Source: Candidatus Methylomirabilia bacterium | GTDB taxonomy: Bacteria > Methylomirabilota > Methylomirabilia > Rokubacteriales > CSP1-6 | Reading direction: 5' to 3' | Length of the DNA stretch: 57,987 bases | NCBI GenBank assembly: GCA_041497895.1 | Contig: JBGQHJ010000010.1 | Span: 1 to 57,987, forward strand | Shown: positions 1 through 10,749 of the stretch, in pieces | Position numbering within the stretch: position 1 is the first letter of the stretch | Layout of the letters: each line of letters opens with the position of its first letter | Made by a program: the position numbers and the translations under genes | The notes under the pieces: model-generated | The model's database searches: none | The model's input: only the letters and a program-made list of their open reading frames with translations | What the model was told of the DNA's origin: nothing

Positions 1-147
1 CCCCCGGAGGGCAACCCGGTCCACGTCTCGGCGGTGGTCTGGCGCGTGGACTCGGACGCGATGGCGCTGCTCTTCCTCAAGAGCATCCCGGTGCACGCGA
101 CCGGCAGCAAGTCGTGGCAGGAGAACGGCCGCCGGGGCTGGAGGTAG
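1..147 (+). CDS. 3' end of a gene running in from the left edge, possibly PilZ-like beta-barrel C-terminus
   Basis: Frame 1 reads PPEGNPVHVSAVVWRVDSDAMALLFLK...GWR* to TAG at 145-147; the V.AVVWR....MAL.F pattern resembles PilZ C-termini. Confidence 0.4.
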   Translation, partial: PPEGNPVHVSAVVWRVDSDAMALLFLKSIPVHATGSKSWQENGRRGWR

Positions 148-248
148 CCCCGCCGCATCCGACCGTTCCCGCTCCCGCCACGGGACCCGAATGGTCCCCG
201 TTGCCCTCACCGAAGGCCGGTGGTTCAATGCGGGCGGAGGTGACGCCC

Positions 249-872
249 ATGGCACAGGTCGCATGGCAGGTCGCGGGTGACTATTTCGAGACGTGCAGCT
301 GCACCTTCCTCTGTCCGTGCATCTCGAGCAACATGGCGGCCCGACCGTCGCATGGGGACTGCTACTTCGCCCTCGCGTTTCACATCGACCGGGGCCGCTA
401 CGGCACCGTGCCGCTCGACGGCCTCAGCTTCGCGGTGATCGGCTACACCCCCGCCGCGATGGGGGAGGGCCACTGGTCGGTCGGCGTCGTCGTCGACGAG
501 CGGGCGAGCCAGGAGCAACGCGACGCGCTGGCCGGTATCGGGAGCGGTCAGGCGGGCGGGCCGATGGCGGCGGTGGGGCCGCTCGTCGAGCGGGTCCTCG
601 GTGTCGAGGCCCGGCCGATCACTTACAAGAAGGACGGGATGAAGCGCTCGCTCTCGATCCCCGGGGTGCTCGATCAGTCGCTGGAGGGTGTGCCGAGCCC
701 GGTCAAGGCGGGGGAGCCGCTCTACGTCGATAACACGCTGCATCCCGCCAATGCCCGGCTCGCCCTGGCTCGAGCCTCGAGCAGCCGCCTGAGCGCGTTC
801 GGCCTCCGCTGGGAGGACACGAGCGGCCAGAACAACGGCCACTTCGCGCCGTTCTCGTGGAAGAGCGCCTGA
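249..872 (+). CDS. DUF1326 family protein
   Basis: W...GDYFETCSCTFLCPC motif, C-terminal GQNNGHFAPFSW; ATG at 249 after GGAGG; adjacent to DUF2182. Confidence 0.85.
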   Translation: MAQVAWQVAGDYFETCSCTFLCPCISSNMAARPSHGDCYFALAFHIDRGRYGTVPLDGLSFAVIGYTPAAMGEGHWSVGVVVDERASQEQRDALAGIGSGQAGGPMAAVGPLVERVLGVEARPITYKKDGMKRSLSIPGVLDQSLEGVPSPVKAGEPLYVDNTLHPANARLALARASSSRLSAFGLRWEDTSGQNNGHFAPFSWKSA

Positions 873-1648
873 CCCACCCGCGGCTCCGCTGGCCCGAGCC
901 GGGTCAGCTGGTGGTGCTGGGCGGCATCGCGATCCTCGCCGGGCTGACCTGGCTCGATCTGTGGCGACGGGCGAGCGAGATGGCCATGCACGACGCGATG
1001 GGCATGGCCATGCCGGCCGGGGCCCCCTGGGATCCGCTGGACCTCGCGGGAACCGGGCTGATGTGGGGCGTCATGATGATCGCCATGATGCTCCCGTCGG
1101 CGACGCCGCTGCTCGTGCTCTTCGCGCGCTCCCAGCGCCTCCGGGTCGGCGTGGCGGAGGGCTCGTGGCGGACCGGGCTGCTGGCCGCCGGCTACCTCGT
1201 GGTGTGGCTGGGCTGGAGCGCGCTCGCGGCCGGGCTGCAGTGGGTGCTCCACGCCTTCCTCCTGCTCTCGCCCGGGGCCGCTCTCAGCGCACTGGCCGGT
1301 GGCGCGCTGCTGATCGTCGCGGGCCTCTACCAGGTCACGCCCTGGAAGCAGGCGTGCCTGAGGCGCTGTCAATCGCCCCTCGGGTTCATGCTCGCGCACT
1401 GGCGGGAGGGACGGGCGGGAGCCTTCCGGATGGGCGTCGCCCACGGCGTCTACTGCGTGGGGTGCTGCTGGGCGCTCATGGCGCTGCTCTTCGTGGGCGG
1501 CGTGATGAACCTGGTCTGGGTCGCCGCCCTCGCGGTGCTGATCCTGCTCGAGAAGGTGGTTCCCGGCCGCTGGCTCTCCTACGCCTCGGGCGCGGCGTTG
1601 ATCGCCTGGGGCCTCTTCGTGCTGCGGGCCGGCCTGGCCGCGGCCTGA
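857..1648 (+). CDS. DUF2182 predicted metal-binding integral membrane protein
   Basis: MWGVMMIAMMLPS, YQVTPWKQACLRRC and YCVGCCWALM..LFVGGVMN motifs; usual partner of DUF1326. Confidence 0.85.
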   Translation: MEERLTHPRLRWPEPGQLVVLGGIAILAGLTWLDLWRRASEMAMHDAMGMAMPAGAPWDPLDLAGTGLMWGVMMIAMMLPSATPLLVLFARSQRLRVGVAEGSWRTGLLAAGYLVVWLGWSALAAGLQWVLHAFLLLSPGAALSALAGGALLIVAGLYQVTPWKQACLRRCQSPLGFMLAHWREGRAGAFRMGVAHGVYCVGCCWALMALLFVGGVMNLVWVAALAVLILLEKVVPGRWLSYASGAALIAWGLFVLRAGLAAA

Positions 1649-1661
1649 CCGGGCGCCCGGC

Positions 1662-3206
<1,545 letters not shown>

Positions 3207-3255
3207 GCGGGCCTCCTGTGCGCGGTCCGAGAATCGGCCGAAACCGGTGGCCGCG

Positions 3256-4167
3256 TCAAGGGCCTCCCGCCCGGCCACCCCGCGAGGCCGCGATGGCCGC
3301 GATGCCGTTGCACACGAGCCGCGCCGCGGTCAGCGCCGCGAGCCCGCTCGGGTCCCGCTCCGGCATGAGCTCGACGAGATCGAATCCCACGATGGTCGCC
3401 TTGGCGGCCACCCCGTGCAGGAGGTCGAGGACGTGGTGGTAGAGGAGCCCGCCCGGGGCCCGCGCGCTCACCGCCGGCATGACCGCGGGATCCAAGCCGT
3501 CGCAGTCGATGGTGACCAGACAGCGGGCCCCGGCCGGCACCCGGTCGACCGCCACCCCGACGCCGGAGCGATGCACCTCGGCCGCGGTGACGATCGAGGA
3601 GCCCCACGACCGCGCGTCCGCGACCTCGCCCGCCCGGGCGCTCCCGATGCCGCGCAGGCCGACCTGGATCATCCGCTCGATCCAGGGCATCTCCGACGCC
3701 CGGCGCATCGGGCTGCTCCATCCGAACCGCTCGCCACGAACCTCGTCCCGCCAGTCGAGATGCGCATCGACCTGGACGACCGTGAGCGGCCCCCGGCCGG
3801 TGAACGCCTGGAAGAAGGGAATCACAACCGAATCGTCGCCCCCGAGCACCACCGGCACGGCGCCGGCCTCGAGAAATCGGGTGATCGCGGCGGTGATGCG
3901 CTCCCGGGTGCCCGGCGGATCGGAGGGGTCTCCCACCAGGTCCCCGCAATCGACGACCCCGGACGGGCGGAAGCCGCCGATGTCGAAATCGTAGTGCTCC
4001 GGCGCCGTCGCGTACCCGGTCAACGCGGCGCGCAGCGCGGCCGGGGCACCGGCGCAGTGACTGGATCTCCCCACCGTGTACGGGGTGGCGTCCGGAACGC
4101 CGAGCAGCGCGATCGATGCTCCGCTCGAGTCATTGCTTGCCGGGTAGCCCGCAAAGGTTGTCGCCAT
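3256..4167 (-). CDS. Agmatinase/arginase (ureohydrolase) family protein
   Basis: GGDDS, DAHLD, DCDGLDP and ELMP metal-binding motifs. Confidence 0.85.
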   Translation of the reverse strand: MATTFAGYPASNDSSGASIALLGVPDATPYTVGRSSHCAGAPAALRAALTGYATAPEHYDFDIGGFRPSGVVDCGDLVGDPSDPPGTRERITAAITRFLEAGAVPVVLGGDDSVVIPFFQAFTGRGPLTVVQVDAHLDWRDEVRGERFGWSSPMRRASEMPWIERMIQVGLRGIGSARAGEVADARSWGSSIVTAAEVHRSGVGVAVDRVPAGARCLVTIDCDGLDPAVMPAVSARAPGGLLYHHVLDLLHGVAAKATIVGFDLVELMPERDPSGLAALTAARLVCNGIAAIAASRGGRAGGP

Positions 4168-4171
4168 GCGC

Positions 4172-4453
4172 CCATGGTACGCCAAGACTCGCTGCCTCTC
4201 GCGGTCCGAGACCGCCCCGGTGTGGGTGATCCCTGCCACCGCGCTCGTCGCGCGCGCGGAGGGCCCCCAGGTGCTGAGCGTGCGCGAGGACCGGAGCGTG
4301 CATTAGCAGAAGGTCGAGCTCGGCCGCGACCTCGGGCGGTCCGTCGAGATTCTCTCCGGGCTCACCGGGGGCGAGCGGCTGATCGTCAGCGCACCCGACG
4401 GGCTGCGGGAAGGCTCGCGCGGGGCCGGCCAGGAGGCGCGCCCGGCGCGTTGA
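4172..4453 (+). pseudogene. Remnant of RND efflux periplasmic adaptor (MFP) C-terminus
   Basis: Reads ..VWVIPATALVARAEGPQVLSVREDRSVH*QKVELGRDLGRSVEILSGLTGGERLIVSAPDGLREG..; in-frame TAG at 4304-4306; no N-terminal portion. Confidence 0.7.
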
Positions 4454-4477
4454 CGCAGGCCCCGCTCCGGGCGCACC

Positions 4478-5491
4478 ATGGCGCATGGCGGCGCGCCCAG
4501 GAGCCGGGACGTGAACCCCCCCGACGTGGTCCGCGCGATCACCCGCCTGAGGGCGGACGGCGTCCTCTCGATCGGGCAGGCCGACCTCTTCGACCGCGTG
4601 GCCCGGCGCGGGCTCGTCTCCATCCGCTTCGAGATCCGCGCCCTCCTCTACGTCGGGGTCCTCCTGCTCACCTCCGGGGTCGGGGTCCTGGTGGCCCAGC
4701 ACCACCAGGAGATCGGCCCGCTGGCCATCGCGACCGGGATCACCCTCGCCGCGGCGGTCTGCCTGCTCTGGGTCGCGCGCCGGGCCGCGCCCTTCTCGTG
4801 GGACGAGGTCTCGTCCCCGAGCGTGGCCTTCGACTACGTCCTGCTCCTGGGCCTTCTCCTGCTCGCCTCGGCCCTCGCCTACGTGGAGGTGCAGTTCACC
4901 GTCCTCGGGCCGCGCTGGGCCTACCACCTCCTGATCGTCGGGGTGGTCTACGTGCTGGCCGCCTATCGCTGGGACTCGCGCACCGCGCTGGGCCTCGCCC
5001 TCGCCACCCTGGCCGCGTGGCGTGGCCTCTCGATCAGCCTGGTCCCGGCGGTGACCCTCGGTCCCGGCGTCGCGGCGGACCTGCGGGCGAGCGCCATCGC
5101 GCTGGGCGCCCTCTACGTGGGTGCGGCCGCGCTCTCGGCGCGGCTCGGGCGCAAGGCGCACTTCGAGGAGGTCTTCGCCAACGCGGGGCTCGTGCTCCTG
5201 CTGGGTGGGCTGCTCTCCGGCGTGCTCGAGGACCACCGCGGGTGGGATCTCTGGCTCGTCGCGCTGCTCGCGGTGGCGGGCGGCGTCATGGCGGTCGCCT
5301 TCCGCCTCGGCCGCTCGCTCTACTTCGCGGCCGGGCTCGTGGCCGCCTACATCGCGCTCGTGCGAGTGCTCTTCGAGCCGTTCCGATACGGGCGGCACGC
5401 GGACAGCATCCCGCTCCTGCTCGCCGCGCTCCTCGGCTCGGCGGTGCTCGCGGTGATCTTCTGGGCGCACCGACGGATGCGCGAGCGATGA
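4478..5491 (+). CDS. DUF2157-like integral membrane protein
   Basis: S...EIRALLYVGVLLLTSGVG motif, many TM helices; start may be GTG 4511. Confidence 0.7.
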   Translation: MAHGGAPRSRDVNPPDVVRAITRLRADGVLSIGQADLFDRVARRGLVSIRFEIRALLYVGVLLLTSGVGVLVAQHHQEIGPLAIATGITLAAAVCLLWVARRAAPFSWDEVSSPSVAFDYVLLLGLLLLASALAYVEVQFTVLGPRWAYHLLIVGVVYVLAAYRWDSRTALGLALATLAAWRGLSISLVPAVTLGPGVAADLRASAIALGALYVGAAALSARLGRKAHFEEVFANAGLVLLLGGLLSGVLEDHRGWDLWLVALLAVAGGVMAVAFRLGRSLYFAAGLVAAYIALVRVLFEPFRYGRHADSIPLLLAALLGSAVLAVIFWAHRRMRER

Positions 5492-6669
5492 GGCGCGAGG
5501 CGATCGCCTGGGAGCGGGCCGCGGAGGTGGACGCGGCCGCGCGGGGCTGGCGGCGCGCCGGCGCGATCGACGAGGCCACCCACCGGCGCGTCCGCGAGGC
5601 CTTCCCGGACCCGTGCGTGACGCCCGGCGCGGTGTGGCGCGTGCTCACCGGGGGCATGGTCGCGGCCATCGTGCTCTGCACGCTCGCCGCCATGGCGCTC
5701 TCGGTCTGGCGCAGCTCGAGCGAGCTCCAGGCGCTGCTGCTGCTCTGGGGCGTGGCCTGCCTCGTCGCCACCGAGGTGCTCGAGGCCTCCCCGCGCTCCG
5801 CCCGCCGCGGCGCCGCGGGCGCGACGTCGGTCCTGGGCGTTGGCCTGTTCCTGGTGGGACTGGGCCTGACGCTCGTCGAGACGGTGCGGCTCCGCGACGA
5901 TGACGCGATCGACGCGCTCCTGGTGGCCGCGGTGCTCACGTGCGGGCTCGCGGCCTGGCGCTGGGGCAGCCCGCTCTTCGCGGGGCTCGCCGGCGGCGCG
6001 CTCTTCTGCGCCCTCGCGCGGCTGCCCCAGGGCCGGCTGCTCTGGCTCCTGGCCGGCGCGGCGCTGGCCGGGGTGGCGGCATCGCGGCTGGACGACGGCC
6101 GCCTCGCCCCTTCTCACCGGCTCGGGGCCGCCGTCCTCACCGTGATCGGCATCGGCGCGGTGTACGCGGCGGCCAACGTGTACTCGCTCGACGAGGGCAT
6201 CCTCGAGCACCTGGCCCGGCTCGCCCCGAGCCGGGAAGACCTGCCGCGCGGCGCGCGCCTCGCGGCCGCCGGGGCCACCGCCCTGCTCCCCCTGGCCGTC
6301 CTCGCGTGGGGCCTCGGCTCCCGCCGGACCCTCCTGCTCGACACCGGGATCGTCCTGCTCGCCCTGTCGCTCGTGACCCTGCGGCACTACGTCCAGATGG
6401 CCCCGCTGTGGGTCGTGCTCACGCTCTCGGGCGCGCTGCTGGTCGTCGTCGCGCTGGCCGTCGAGCGGGCGCTGCGCGGGGCCCGGGGCGGCGAGCGGGC
6501 CGGGCTCACCGCCGAGCCGCTGTTCTCGGACGAGCGCCGGCAGCAGGCGCTCCAGATCCTGCCGGTGGTGACCGCCTTCGCGCCCGGGGCGCGCGCGCCC
6601 AGCCCCGAGCCCGGCTTCGCGGGTGAGGGCGGCCGCTTCGGCGGCGGCGGCGCCCAGGAGAAGTTCTGA
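5488..6669 (+). CDS. Multi-pass membrane protein with Gly-rich C-terminal tail (partner of DUF2157)
   Basis: ATGA overlap with upstream stop; hydrophobic helices; ends GEGGRFGGGGAQEKF. Confidence 0.7.
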   Translation: MRREAIAWERAAEVDAAARGWRRAGAIDEATHRRVREAFPDPCVTPGAVWRVLTGGMVAAIVLCTLAAMALSVWRSSSELQALLLLWGVACLVATEVLEASPRSARRGAAGATSVLGVGLFLVGLGLTLVETVRLRDDDAIDALLVAAVLTCGLAAWRWGSPLFAGLAGGALFCALARLPQGRLLWLLAGAALAGVAASRLDDGRLAPSHRLGAAVLTVIGIGAVYAAANVYSLDEGILEHLARLAPSREDLPRGARLAAAGATALLPLAVLAWGLGSRRTLLLDTGIVLLALSLVTLRHYVQMAPLWVVLTLSGALLVVVALAVERALRGARGGERAGLTAEPLFSDERRQQALQILPVVTAFAPGARAPSPEPGFAGEGGRFGGGGAQEKF

Positions 6670-6700
6670 TCGCGTCACTCGATCGCGAGGGAGGAGCACG

Positions 6701-7639
6701 ATGAAGTTCGGCATCCACATCGGTCACATGGGTGGTCCCCTGGGCGAGATGCGCAAGCTATGGAAGTTCGCCGACGCGCAGGGCTTCGACTGGTTCTCGG
6801 TCTCCGACCACTTCCAGGAGTCGCCGCCGCGCGGCGGCGACATGGACTGCTACGAGGCGATCGCGACGCTGACCGCGGCGGCGGTGGACACCGAGCGGAT
6901 CCGGCTCGGCAGCGGCGTCTACTGCGTCGCGTACCGCAACCCCGGGCTGCTCGCGAAGTCGCTGACCACGATCGACCACCTCTCCCAGGGACGCGTCGAC
7001 TGCGGGCTCGGCGCGGGGTGGCACGACGTGGAGGCCAAGGCCTTCGGCTACCCGTTTCCCTCGATCGGCCCGCGCGAGGACATGCTCGAGGAGTACGCGC
7101 AGGTCATGCGGCTGCTGCTCGATCCCGAGCGCCGGCGCGTCACCTTCGAGGGGAAGCACTTCCGCATGGTCGAGGCCCCCAACAATCCGAAGCCGCTCCA
7201 GCCCCGCATCCCCATCTGGATCGGCGGGCGCGGCGAGAAGCGCACCCTGCGCGCCGCCGCCCGGTACGCCGACGGATGGAACGGCGCCTACCTCGGCCCC
7301 GACGACTGGAAGCACAAGAGCGAGGTCCTCGACCGCTGGTGCGAGACCGAGGGGCGCGATCCGAAGACGATCATGCGCACCGTGAACCTCGGCTTCTACC
7401 TGGGCGCCGACGCCCGGGGCGCTGCCCGCGCGGAGGAGATCTTCCGCGGCCACTGGGGCGGCAGCCCCGACCGCGCGGATCGCACCGGCTACCTGCGCGG
7501 GACCGTGAAGGACGCCCAGGCGATGGTGGACCGGTTCCGGGCCCTCGGCTGCACCCGGCTCTGCATCGCGTTCCGCGAGGGGCCGTACGACTGGGACGCG
7601 CTCGAGGCCTTCGCGGCCGAGATCGTGCGCGCCCGCTGA
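6701..7639 (+). CDS. LLM class flavin/F420-dependent oxidoreductase
   Basis: GFDWFSVSDH, YRNPGLLAK...IDHLSQGR...GLGAGW, PIWIGGRGEKRTL; RBS GGAGGAG. Confidence 0.9.
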   Translation: MKFGIHIGHMGGPLGEMRKLWKFADAQGFDWFSVSDHFQESPPRGGDMDCYEAIATLTAAAVDTERIRLGSGVYCVAYRNPGLLAKSLTTIDHLSQGRVDCGLGAGWHDVEAKAFGYPFPSIGPREDMLEEYAQVMRLLLDPERRRVTFEGKHFRMVEAPNNPKPLQPRIPIWIGGRGEKRTLRAAARYADGWNGAYLGPDDWKHKSEVLDRWCETEGRDPKTIMRTVNLGFYLGADARGAARAEEIFRGHWGGSPDRADRTGYLRGTVKDAQAMVDRFRALGCTRLCIAFREGPYDWDALEAFAAEIVRAR

Positions 7640-7647
7640 CGGGAGCG

Positions 7648-10074
7648 GTGCCGCCTCCGCTCCGCGCAAAGGACCAACCGCTTCGACCCTGGCTCGCGGC
7701 GGCGGCCGGATTGCTCCTCGTCTTTCTCGTGGCCAACGTCCGTCAGGTGGCCGATCGGGCAACCCCGATCTGGGATGCGAGCTCCGTGTTCGCGCCCTAC
7801 TACACGCTGGTGGCAGACTACGCGAGGGCCGGCAGGTTGTTGCTCTGGAACCCCTGGACCAACGGGGGCTCACCTGATTTTGCCGACCCTCAAGTCGGCG
7901 CGCTGTCTCCGGTCGTGGTCGCGCTCGCGGCGGCAACGGGCGGTACCCTGGCCGGATTTCGCGTCTACTGGCTCCTCATGTGGTTCCTGTCCGGGCTCGG
8001 TATCCTCCTGCTCGGCCGCCACCTCCACACGCCGGCCTGGGGAGCCAGCGTCGCGGCCGGGGGGTTCCTCTTCAGCGGTTTCCTGGTCGGCCACGCCGAG
8101 CACACCTCCTGGCTGTATTCCTTCGCCTGGTTTCCGCTGATGATCTGGCGGCTGGACGAGGCTCTCCGATCAGACCGCTGTCGCCCGGGCTTCGAGGCCG
8201 GAGCTCTCTGGGGGCTTTCCGGTGTCGCCGGCTATCCAGGCGTGACGTGCGCGAACGGCATCTTCGCCCTCCTCTGGGCGCTCGGGCGCTGGCTCTGCCC
8301 GCGGCCTGCTCACGGTACCGGAGCCACGAGCTCACCGAACCGTACGCCCGACACCGCCTTCGTCCCGATCACGAGACTCCTGCGCTCGATGACGATCCTG
8401 TTCGTCGTGGGGGTCCTGGTGATGTCGCCCGCCTACGTGGGCTTTCTCGTCGAGGGGCGGGGTTTCAGCGATCGGGCCGATCCACTATCCCGCGAGGAAG
8501 CCATCGGAGCGAACGCCCTCCATCCGTTGGCCTTGACGACGATCTTCAGTCCCTACCTGGGCAGTCTTCCGCCCCGCACGCTGTGGCCGTACACGGACAT
8601 GTCCTCCGCCAGCGTCTACATGGGCGCGGCCGTCCTCTGGCTGGCGATCGTCTCGCTCGCCGCGCGACCTCGCGACCGGTGGCGGTGGTGGCTCTTCGGT
8701 GTCGCGATGCTGGCGATCGGCCTCGCGCTCGGCCAGAGCCTGCCGCTTCGCGGCTGGCTCTATGACTTGCTGCCGCCCACTCGCTATTTCCGGCATTCGT
8801 CCTTGTTCCGCGCCTACACGATCTTCTACTTGACGGCGCTCGCATTGCTCGCGACGTCAGATCTCGGCTCGACGCCGGTCAATAGCGTCCGGCGCTGGCG
8901 GCTCACGATCTCGGCCGCGCTTCTCGCCATCGCGGCAGTCGTGTCGTTCCATCTGGTGCAGGCAATGGCGAACGACGACAGCTCGATTCGCATCTTCAGG
9001 AGCCGGGCCCATCTCTGGGGAGCCTGGCTTGGCATCGTCACGATCAGCGTCGTGGTCGATCGGGCTCCGGCGCGACTGCGGGCGAGGGTCCTGCCACTGT
9101 TCCTGGTGTCACTCGCAGTCGTCGATGCTTTCGCGGCGCAGCGATTGCCGGTGACGATCGAGGATCGCGATCCCGCCGCGGTCGAGGCGTGGCGGCAGCT
9201 AGACGCCCATCATGATCCCCGTCTCGACCTGGCGCCGGGCGGAACCTATCGCGTCGCGGCGGTGGAAGACCCCGACGCCAAATGGGTCAGCAATGCCAAT
9301 CTGCTCGTGAAGAGCGCGGTCCTCCGGGGGTATTCGCCTTTCTCCAACCGCTTCCACAAGGCCTGGGTCCGGAACCGCCTCCTGCGTGGCGCGGCCACCG
9401 GGGATTCGCGCTTCTGGTTTGCCCGAGAGGTGGGACGAGTGGCCCCATCCGACGCGTCCTTCGAGGCGTTCGTGAAGCGCAGCAGCTCTCTCCAGGCAGT
9501 CCCGCTCGTCATCCATCCCCGGAGCGCGATGGCCAGGACTCCCCGAGCGGGAGAGCCGTCTCCGAGCGACGGCGCCGATCGGGCCGCCATCGAGGCCCTG
9601 CCCCCGGCCGAGCGCATTTCGGTATCGGTAACCAGTTACTGGCCCGATCGGTTGAGCTTCCAGGTCGTGGCACCGTCGGCGGGCTGGTTGCTGGTCACCG
9701 ATCGCTGGGCACACGGCTGGCGGGCCGAGGTGGATGGCCGCACGGTTCCGGTCGAGCCGGCCGACTTCATCTTCAGGGCCATCGCCGTGCGAGCGGGTCC
9801 CAACCGGGTCGACTTTGTCTATCATCCCTCTGGTATTCCGTGGCTCGTCGTGTTGAGCTGGGGCATTCTCGCGACGGTCGCGGGCTGGGCCACGACCAGC
9901 GTGTGCTGGCGCTGGCGGAGGGCCACGACGAAAGGAGAGCTCATGCTCAATCCCGGAGACAAGGCGCCCGACTTCACCGGGCGCGACCACACCGGCCAGA
10001 CCGTGAAGCTGGCCGACTTCAAGGGCAAGACGGTCGTGCTCTGGTTCTACCCCAAGGCCGACACCCCCGGGTGA
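7648..10074 (+). CDS. YfhO-like polytopic membrane protein (GT-C-type); ORF has no stop until the peroxiredoxin UGA
   Basis: LLWNPWTNGGSP motif, multiple TMs, C-terminal GWLLVTDRWAHGWRAEVDG..ADFIFRAI.V.AG..RVDFVYHP YfhO domain; visibly more A/T-ending codons than flanks. Confidence 0.75.
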   Translation: MPPPLRAKDQPLRPWLAAAAGLLLVFLVANVRQVADRATPIWDASSVFAPYYTLVADYARAGRLLLWNPWTNGGSPDFADPQVGALSPVVVALAAATGGTLAGFRVYWLLMWFLSGLGILLLGRHLHTPAWGASVAAGGFLFSGFLVGHAEHTSWLYSFAWFPLMIWRLDEALRSDRCRPGFEAGALWGLSGVAGYPGVTCANGIFALLWALGRWLCPRPAHGTGATSSPNRTPDTAFVPITRLLRSMTILFVVGVLVMSPAYVGFLVEGRGFSDRADPLSREEAIGANALHPLALTTIFSPYLGSLPPRTLWPYTDMSSASVYMGAAVLWLAIVSLAARPRDRWRWWLFGVAMLAIGLALGQSLPLRGWLYDLLPPTRYFRHSSLFRAYTIFYLTALALLATSDLGSTPVNSVRRWRLTISAALLAIAAVVSFHLVQAMANDDSSIRIFRSRAHLWGAWLGIVTISVVVDRAPARLRARVLPLFLVSLAVVDAFAAQRLPVTIEDRDPAAVEAWRQLDAHHDPRLDLAPGGTYRVAAVEDPDAKWVSNANLLVKSAVLRGYSPFSNRFHKAWVRNRLLRGAATGDSRFWFAREVGRVAPSDASFEAFVKRSSSLQAVPLVIHPRSAMARTPRAGEPSPSDGADRAAIEALPPAERISVSVTSYWPDRLSFQVVAPSAGWLLVTDRWAHGWRAEVDGRTVPVEPADFIFRAIAVRAGPNRVDFVYHPSGIPWLVVLSWGILATVAGWATTSVCWRWRRATTKGELMLNPGDKAPDFTGRDHTGQTVKLADFKGKTVVLWFYPKADTPG

Positions 10075-10377
10075 ACCGCGGAGGGTTGCGGGTTCCGCGA
10101 CCTCAAGGCCGACTACGACCGCAAGAACGCCGTGATCCTCGGCGTCTCCTTCGACACGCCGGCCGAGAACCGGGCGTTCGCCGAGAAGTTCCACTTCAAC
10201 TTCCCCCTGATCTGCGACACCGACCGCGCCATCGGCACCGCTTACGGCGCCAACGCCGATCCGGCCAAGGGGGCGCAGCGCGTCGGGGTCGTCATCGGCC
10301 CCGACGGCAAGATCAAGGAGTGGCACGGGCGCGTCGACGCGCGGGCCTGGCCGGCCGCCGTCGTCGGCACGCTGTAG
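9943..10377 (+). CDS. bcp: Selenocysteine-containing BCP/PrxQ peroxiredoxin (U44)
   Basis: AAAGGAG RBS then MLNPGDKAPDF...WFYPKADTPG-[TGA 10072-10074]-TAEGCGFRD...GVSFD...FPLICD to TAG 10375-10377; UGA occupies the peroxidatic Cys position of PxxxTPGCTxExC. Confidence 0.9.
10075..10100 (+). promoter_or_regulatory. Putative bacterial SECIS hairpin
   Basis: CGCGGA (10077-10082) pairs with TCCGCG (10094-10099), plus a G-U pair, around a G-rich loop immediately 3' of the UGA. Confidence 0.6.
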
Positions 10378-10538
10378 CGGAGTGAGGCGGCGGCGACACG
10401 GCTGGGGCGGGCGCGCCTCGGGCCGGCCGGTGTCGTCGCCGCCTCACGTCGCGGATCCGTCACCCGGCGTCCACTTGCGGGCACGGAGGGCTGGCATCGG
10501 GATTGCTTCGTGAGATTGCGAGCACAGGAGGATCGTCC

Positions 10539-10733
10539 ATGGGGGCCAAGAGCTCCAAGAAGAAGACCGGCGGCAAGGTGGGGATGCGCCACGGCGCGAC
10601 GATGATGCAGTCGGACCAGCCGCGCCGCGTCGAGATCCACATGGCGCCGCCCAAGCAGGCCGAGCGGCAGCACGCCCGGCCCGGAGCGGGCATCAAGCGC
10701 TCGCGGGCAGCCATGCTCAAGAAGTCCCGCTAG
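10539..10733 (+). CDS. Small basic hypothetical protein (64 aa)
   Basis: AGGAGG RBS, GC3-rich codons, Lys/Arg-rich MGAKSSKKKTGG... Confidence 0.65.
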   Translation: MGAKSSKKKTGGKVGMRHGATMMQSDQPRRVEIHMAPPKQAERQHARPGAGIKRSRAAMLKKSR

Positions 10734-10749
10734 GCCGCGCGCGGGACGC

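Noticed and set aside
4304..4306. In-frame TAG as possible pyrrolysine
   Set aside because: The fragment lacks its N-terminus and start, the position is non-catalytic, and no pyl genes are seen.
6760..7647. N-terminal extension of the 1104-aa ORF
   Set aside because: Alternate frame of the LLM gene; YfhO-like sequence begins near 7648.
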